Positions 56,833 through 64,000 of a DNA stretch of 64,000 nucleotides are shown in pieces. How positions within the stretch are numbered: the first letter of the stretch is position 1; each line of letters begins with the position of its first letter. The stretch spans positions 19,902,001 through 19,966,000 of the forward strand of contig OX597835.1 in assembly GCA_951406725.2 (NCBI GenBank). The letters are read 5' to 3'. The position numbers and the translations under genes are program-made. This DNA comes from Octopus vulgaris (taxonomy: Eukaryota). A model generated the notes under the pieces. That model searched no databases. It saw only the letters and a program-made list of their open reading frames with translations, and was not told where the DNA came from.

Positions 56833-57441
56833 TGTTGACCCTGACCGTTATATACGGTGCGTTCTTTTTGTCTGTTTGTGCGCATGTGTGTGGTGCAATT
56901 TATGTGAGCGCATGCACTTGTATGTATGCATATATGTATACATATGTGTGTATGCATATATGTATGTGTGTGTTTGTGCGTTCGTGTTTGTATGTTTGTC
57001 TTTTTTGATATGTGTGTGTGAGTGTGTACACCTATCTCCTTCTGTGTACATGTCTTAGTGTGTCTGTGTGTTTATGTTTTTTTGTGTGATTATGTACTGT
57101 CTGTATGTATGGATGTGTATCTCTATATATATGAACGTGCGCCTCCATATGTGTCCTTGTGTGAAATGAAGTGTGTGTATACGGTCAAGTGTTTCAGAAT
57201 AACTCATGCATATCATATTATGGTAAATAGCTTCACATAGTTCGTTTTCATAAACAGGCAGACGTAAATGTAAGATGCAATGTTATGGTAACGGGGAACG
57301 TAAATAGACGCGAGCAACCGGAGCAGTGTCTCGCATGCTTCGGGTAATACCGGTGTCAAGAGGTTAACGTCGTAGCTGACGGGGGGCCGGGTTTTCATGT
57401 AGGCAGTGTGCATGTGTGCGGTGTATATATATAGATATATA

Positions 57442-57624
57442 TATTTCGTCTGTCGTTACGTTTTGAGTTCAAATTCCGCCGAAGTCAACTTTGCCTTTCA
57501 TCCTTTCGGGGTCGAAAATTAAAGTACCAGTTTCGCACTGGAGGCCATATAATCGACTCAATCCCTTCGTCTGCCCTTGTTTGTCCTCTCTATGTTTAGC
57601 CCCTTGTGGGCAGTAAAAAAAATA
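57442..57624 (+). mobile_element. Head-less SINE family A unit monomer
   Basis: Starts at tatttcgtctg and ends gggcagtaaaaaaaata, i.e. exactly one array unit. Confidence 0.85.
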
Positions 57625-58180
57625 TATATATTTATATATATATATATACACGAATACATAGATACAGAGAGAGACAGAGATAGATATAGACAAAAAATAT
57701 TCGATTCATATATATAAGTATACATAGGTATACATGTACATATATATATATATGCACACACATATATATATATACAGATTTAATCTATCTTTCTCTCTCA
57801 AACACACGCGCATAATAACGAATATTAAAACTGTGTCACAAATCGATTTTACGCTTTATTACTTAAATTTATTGTTTCGTTATGGTGAAAAAAATTAAAT
57901 TATGGTTGTAAAACGTTTAGCTCATTACATATCCGCTATTATAAAAATTTCTATGGATATTTGCGGATTTTCATATATTGCTGTGGCAGAATAAACGATG
58001 GGTCTCCAATTTCCGGTTTTGTCTGATTGCCAATATCCGTGGATGCCCTGAATACCGTAAAAACCAACGTTATATCCCGATAAGTTATAATGAATAAATA
58101 ATAACAGCAACAGCAACAACAACAATAATAATAATAATAATAATAATAACAATGATGATAATAATAACAATAATAACAAT

Positions 58181-58303
58181 ACACATCCTGCGCAGAACAC
58201 TTTCCATACAATAACCATCAGAGCACCACAACACATACCCAAGGCACACAGAGCTGCGCTCGGTAGTGAAGTGAAAGCACGCTATAAAAATAAAACTACT
58301 GAA
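58181..58303 (+). mobile_element. 3' end of an R4/Dong LINE within (TAA)n
   Basis: HILRRTLSIQ* (compare HILRKILSM* at 21438), then a UTR ending ...ctactgaat and (AAT)n. Confidence 0.75.
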
Positions 58304-58429
58304 TATGAATAATAATAATAATTATAAAATATTATAAAAATTATAACAGCAAAAATAGCAGCATCAGCAGCACCAACAACAGCAACAACAATAACAACAT
58401 AAACAACAACTACAAAAACAACAACAATG

Positions 58430-58776
58430 ACTGACTGGGAGCAATTTCAGGATTGCCTGAATGGGGAAGTAATAGGCAATGGATGGCTAGAGGAAGAAGC
58501 GTACTCTTCATGAAATACAATAGCAAGGTAATACAGCTAGCAATTGTAGACCAATCGCTTGCTTGCTATTAGTGTGGAAAGTGTTAAAAGGATCGCTTTC
58601 ACAAAGCATTTACAAGCCCACTGACAGCCAGAATTTGCTGCCAGAAGAACAGAAATGTTGCAAGATGATGGCTAGAGGAACGCATGATCTATTAAATATA
58701 GACATATAGACAATTCTAAATGAAGTGAAATCTATAAAGAAAATTCTAACAAGAGCAGGGATAGGTTATAACAAAG

Positions 58777-58780
<4 letters not shown>
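58430..58780 (+). mobile_element. Degenerate R4/Dong RT N-terminal fragment
   Basis: WMARGRSVLFMK...NTASNCRPIACLLLVWKVL...NLLPEEQKCCK..RGTHDLLNID...EVKSIKKIL...IGYNKVF (NYRPITCL, LLPEEQKGC, WIDYKKAF motifs). Confidence 0.82.
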
Positions 58781-58862
<82 letters not shown>

Positions 58863-58973
58863 TCATCTTTTCAAAGTCCAGTTGAGCACTGGAAACAATT
58901 TGTTCGATAAACCTCCTCCCCGTAAATTCCAGTCTATAGCAGAAAGGTTTATGTTTTTATGTACGCATTTGTG

Positions 58974-59013
<40 letters not shown>

Positions 59014-59047
59014 AGTGAGCGTGTAAATATAAATATTTATGTGTGCG

Positions 59048-59094
<47 letters not shown>

Positions 59095-59826
59095 GTGTGT
59101 GTGCTAGTGCGCATGCGTAAATTTATTAATTGTTCATATATCACAAGATGACGTGATATTCCGACTCTCCCCTTTAGACGGAAGATTTGTGTTTTTGTCG
59201 TATCGCCTTGTTATAAGACAAAAATATAACAAATACGCCCACACTATCACAATGAGTTCAGTTCTAACTTTACTGTCCGTAATCACGCTACATTTGTACG
59301 AAATCGTGTGTACTTGTGCACTTATGTGTAGCTTTGCACTAACATAACCTGAGTTTTATTATTTTCAATTTTAATTTGTTTGGATCGATAAATGTTTTTT
59401 TCTCTTTTCACAAACGGAAATGGCAGAGAAAGAGATATAAAAAAAAAAGCTAGGCTGAAATGATGTGTTCGCTGAAACGTACTTTGTTTCCTACTGAATG
59501 CATTTCATTACTTTATTTAGCTCCAGGAATTTCGTTCAGTTCAAATCAGATGTGATGGGATTAATTTAAACCTGTTTTATACTAACCACAATATATAATT
59601 TAGGTTTCCATTTTTTTTTTCATTTCCCTTTCCTTCTAGCTTCGAGCCCCCTAGCTGCGACCAAGCTGGAGCCCCATATGAATGTGTTTCCCTTGATGAT
59701 TAAGTCGAACATCACGTTCTCAGCTACGTAGTCATATTGTCGATATTTTTTCCTCGGTGCAGGAGATAGTGACACAACGTGATACGTTTAAAATTAATTC
59801 AGACTCTCTACCATAAGGTCCATAAA

Positions 59827-59883
<57 letters not shown>

Positions 59884-60040
59884 GTGATCAGAAATATTTG
59901 AAATTTCCATTACCAGTGATAGGATTTTTTTAAAAATGTTATACGTTATGGCGGTTTGAAATTTAACTGTCCTCCCTAGCGTGCAAGGAATCCTATGTTG
60001 GATACCTCTTATATGTGTAAATGTACACTGTATTTATATT

Positions 60041-60081
<41 letters not shown>

Positions 60082-60083
<2 letters not shown>

Positions 60084-60295
60084 AGTTAGTTAGTTAGTTA
60101 GTTAGTTAATTTTGCTCAAAAGCAAATAGCAAGGCCATGTAGGGGGACATGGAGTTAAGTACAGGGTGGTGTTATGTAAAGATATATATATATATATATT
60201 TATATATATAGTTCAGGCCAATTGAGGTCAAGGGAGGCTTATAACAAAGTGGTCGTCGGCATCTTCACCATCTCGTCTGGCAGCTTGTTCCACGG

Positions 60296-60296
<1 letters not shown>
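60082..60296 (-). mobile_element. 3' end of a CR1-clade LINE with (TAAC)n tail
   Basis: Minus strand PWNKLPDEMVKMPTTTLL*ASLD (WNxLP motif) followed by (ctaa)n. Confidence 0.78.
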
Positions 60297-60369
<73 letters not shown>

Positions 60370-60400
60370 GTTCAATTTGAAAAATCCACCCGAATGGATG

Positions 60401-60441
60401 CAACTTGAAAACTCCACCAGAATGGACGAAAGCGCTAATTT
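60401..60441 (+). ncRNA. Hammerhead-like motif with U3-A8 core
   Basis: caac TTGAAAA c TCCA ccagaa TGGA c GAAA gcgc TA attt; palindromic AGCGCT; 5' half tandemly duplicated at 60373-60400. Confidence 0.55.
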
Positions 60442-60566
60442 ATGACATATGATATAAGTTATATACAAATAAATATCTGTAAACATAAAAACCATCCGAA
60501 TTTCTGAGTACCTCATTTCTTCTAATATAAAATACCTGTACATCTTCTCCAAACCTAATATTTTTG

Positions 60567-60640
<74 letters not shown>

Positions 60641-60810
60641 TATGTATACACACAATTATGTATTTAAATGTCTTGATTTTCATTCTTTCTGTTTCGATAA
60701 GTAGAAGCTGAGCAAGCACTGTGGTCGACGAAATCGAATTACCTCCTCCCCCCAAATTGCAGACCTTGAGCCAAAATTTGAAACCAGTATTTAGATATAT
60801 ACGTGCACAC

Positions 60811-60845
<35 letters not shown>

Positions 60846-61889
60846 GTAAAAGACCACAGGTTAGAATCGAATCCGGAAATACGTTTTTGTCACAAATTTT
60901 TTAACTATTCAACCATACTTCCAACGATATCAAACTAATGATTTCGTTTCAAAAATCGATTAGTCTTGCTGTGTGTGTGTTTTTTTTTTTAATTGGCCTT
61001 ATCTCTAGTCAATAGGAACCAATAATATTGAAACCATTTTATAGTTTGTTAATCTGATTCCCTTGCGTCCTGCTGGCTTACAGACATGTTCATTCTATTC
61101 ATTTATTTATTTATTTGCATGTTTATATCATTATTCATTCATTTATTTATTTGCTATTTCTTATCTCGGTTTCTCATTTAATTTTGTAGCTGTTCTAGAA
61201 TAGACCATATCTTTGATTGCGCTTTTTTTTTCTTCTTTTCAAAATAAATAAACTACAAAGCGGAACCCACACACACGAAGAAGCATCACAAACACAGACA
61301 CACATACGCCAAGACAGTCACACAGTAATAAAACTAAGCAAGCAAATTAAATAATAATAATAATAATAAAACTACAGTGAACTAATATAAAAAAAACACA
61401 GAGCAGAAATTAAAAATTAAGATTATCACGAAACAGGTATTGCCGAAAGCCGTTATGTCGCGTATAAAACAATTCTTGCTTCCACTAATCATTGTTTGAC
61501 TATCTATCTACTTATTGTATTATTCATTTAGTTATTTCTCTTGTGTGTTTTGTTTTATATACTCTATCCTATTGTTTTCTTTTTCTTATAGGACAATTTG
61601 AAAAATTCGATTTAAATTACTGGTTAATGGTAGAATACTATGACGGAAAGAAATACGTAAAAATAGATTTAGGTTTGCTTGTCTTTTATCTCAAACGACA
61701 CTAGTAACAGCAGCTTCTAAGACTTCTTGCGGAGAATAGATTTTAATAAAACAACATGATTTTTAAATAATTAATTTAATGACAGGTAACTAATTTTTTT
61801 TCTTTATATTTGTTGTTTCGTTTTATGTGACACACCGTTTCAAAGCTTTCGCGAGTTGGATAGTTCGATCGTATAGTTATTATGTCATT

Positions 61890-62247
61890 CCTGGGATCTT
61901 TTCGGTTTGAACGGCAGTTTTCAACATAATTTCTAGGTAACTAAAAAATTTTAAACTTCTTATACTGGTAGAATGTGTTTATAAAACATCATTTTCTCTT
62001 GACTTTATTGAGAAAATTATATAGTTTGTAAGATATTTGTTGTTTTCTTTTCTTCAATTTCTGCAATTTCCACCAATCAATGACGTCCATTGAGGTAAAA
62101 AACATTCTATGCCGTATGAATATGTCCCTCGTTTAAGAAACAGATTGGGTTTATTTACATTGGTGAAGAAAAAAAATACCTTCCCTCCACCCCTAACCCT
62201 AACCCTGAAACAGATTGAAATGCAATAGATCGATACTAGGGTCATAA
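61890..62247. mobile_element. Probable non-autonomous DNA-transposon fragment with internal (CCCTAA)n
   Basis: Begins with TIR-like ggatcttttcggtttgaacggcagtttt; ccctaaccctaaccct at ~62190-62206; no matching second end seen. Confidence 0.4.
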
Positions 62248-63668
62248 ATGTTAGATGTGATCTGGGACTAGTGAATGGCAGTAAGAGAACAAAAGCAGCG
62301 GCACTTAAAACGCATTACAGATTTGAAAGATGCTTAGGAAACAAAACTTATATAGAGCTATCAACGAGATTTTAATGAAATTGAATTTTAACGATTTATA
62401 GTGAAACAAATATAATTTTTCCTGTTTGAATGATTTTACTCACAAAAATTAACACTTAATTAACCATTCCATTAAATGTTAATACTTGGAAAATCCATGC
62501 GGTAGACTATGCATGCATCTATAAAAAAGTGTAACCTCTGCCTATTTCGATTGTTTAGAACAGAAAATACCATTTAATTAGTATAACTTCGTATTCTCCC
62601 ATGAAAAAAACCCGATCACTTATAAACAGGATCCATTTCTCCTTTACCAAAGCGGCGTCCGTTATTGGTCATGACTGATCACGAGTCGTTTCTACTCAGA
62701 TCCTACTAAGTTAGTATCTCTCGTCAATACACGAACGCCTTAAATGCTGAACTCACTGACAACAAAACCAAATCTTCTTCAGCACAAACTCAACATTAGA
62801 GAATATTTCTTTGTTCATTTTAAAACGAAAGCATTCCGTAAAGGTGCGACAAAGAGATTATCTACATCCGATTCAATGAGGCTATAGATGTTATAGACCC
62901 GTTTCTTTCTTTCATGCGAAATGATTATTAGTAAGTAGATGCCATTGTACTTTTTTCTTTCAAATGAACAAAATTTGTTCGGTGCAGGATTCAATCTCAA
63001 ACTGTATGTGTGCCAGGTCACGGTATATAGTTCTACATACATATCTTTTTTTCAGATTACCAACTATTTCCTAAAGATATGATTATAAAGTTCGCCAACA
63101 AAAAAAGAGAAAATACTTCCATGACACTTTCTATTCGTTTCTTTGTATTTATTTATTCTTTTTATCCAATCAGTATCATGACACAAGTTGTCAGAAATAT
63201 GCGACGTGTCTATAGGAAAATTATCCAAGGATAACCTAAACGATACTAGAAATAATAAGAAAGTGAAACCCAAATTAAAATTAAGTATTGGAATCGTGCA
63301 CTGGAACCAATTCCATCTGTCATTTGCAGATCACCAGACACATCGGTACAGATACAGATTTGTATTTCATACAGACGATGTAACGGATTTGTTTTAAATA
63401 TATGAATTATTTTCTAGTTTACTAATTCTATACTCTTTTACTTGTAATAATTTTATTCTCTTACATTCTTCAGTGATTGGGCTGCGGTCATAATTCTGTG
63501 CTATGATTGAAGGCATGATAAATTCAGTATGTATTTTTTATGTCTGGTACTTATTCTATCGGATACTTATTACCGAACTTCTGAGTTATGATGTGACTAT
63601 ATATATATACATACATATATATATATATACATACATATATATATATACATACATATATACATACAAAA

Positions 63669-63897
63669 GGCGGCGAGCTGGCAGAGACGTTAGCACGCCG
63701 GGCGAAGTGCTTCGCAGTATTTCGCCCGTCGCTACGTTCTGAGTTCAAATTCCGCCGAGGTCGACTTTGCCTTTCATCCTTTCGGGGTCGATAAATTAAG
63801 TACCAGCTACGCACTGGGGCCGATGTAATCGACTTAATTCGTTTGTCTGTCCTTGTTTGTCCCCTCTATGTTTAGCCCCCTGTGGGTAGTAAAGAAA
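63669..63897 (+). mobile_element. Full-length SINE family A monomer
   Basis: ggcggcgagctggcagagacgttagcacgccgggcgaa...gagttcaaattcc...gtagtaaagaaa; flanked by an atatacataca direct repeat. Confidence 0.93.
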
Positions 63898-64000
63898 CAT
63901 ATACATACATATATATGCATACATATAGCCATTTTGGAGCACCGCCGTTTTTCCGCACTGTTATTACTGAGATCCTCCTCTAATATGTGGCACTTGGTGT

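Noticed and set aside
62190-62206. Telomere
   Set aside because: Under three CCCTAA units, internal to a repeat-like fragment.

Overview
AT-rich, microsatellite-saturated eukaryotic non-coding DNA. The repeat families suggest an octopus-like cephalopod (inference). No intact protein-coding gene is evident, and almost all ORFs in the track are translations of simple repeats. Recognisable content: four tRNA-derived SINE families, one forming head-less ~185-bp tandem multimers; five R4/Dong-clade LINE relics sitting in or beside (TAA)n; Penelope-like, RTE, CR1 and Tx1-like LINE relics; non-autonomous Helitron- and mariner-like elements; and a processed DNAJA (Hsp40) pseudogene split by a SINE with an 18-bp target-site duplication (TSD). 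The main hidden signal is about 20 minimal type-I hammerhead ribozyme (HHR) motifs between ~29 and 61 kb, from several unrelated short repeat families embedded in (TA)n. They have palindromic stem III sequences, four carry a compensatory U3-A8 core, and two palindromic elements carry outward-facing twin hammerheads. All structures were folded by eye and coordinates counted by hand; no database search was run.
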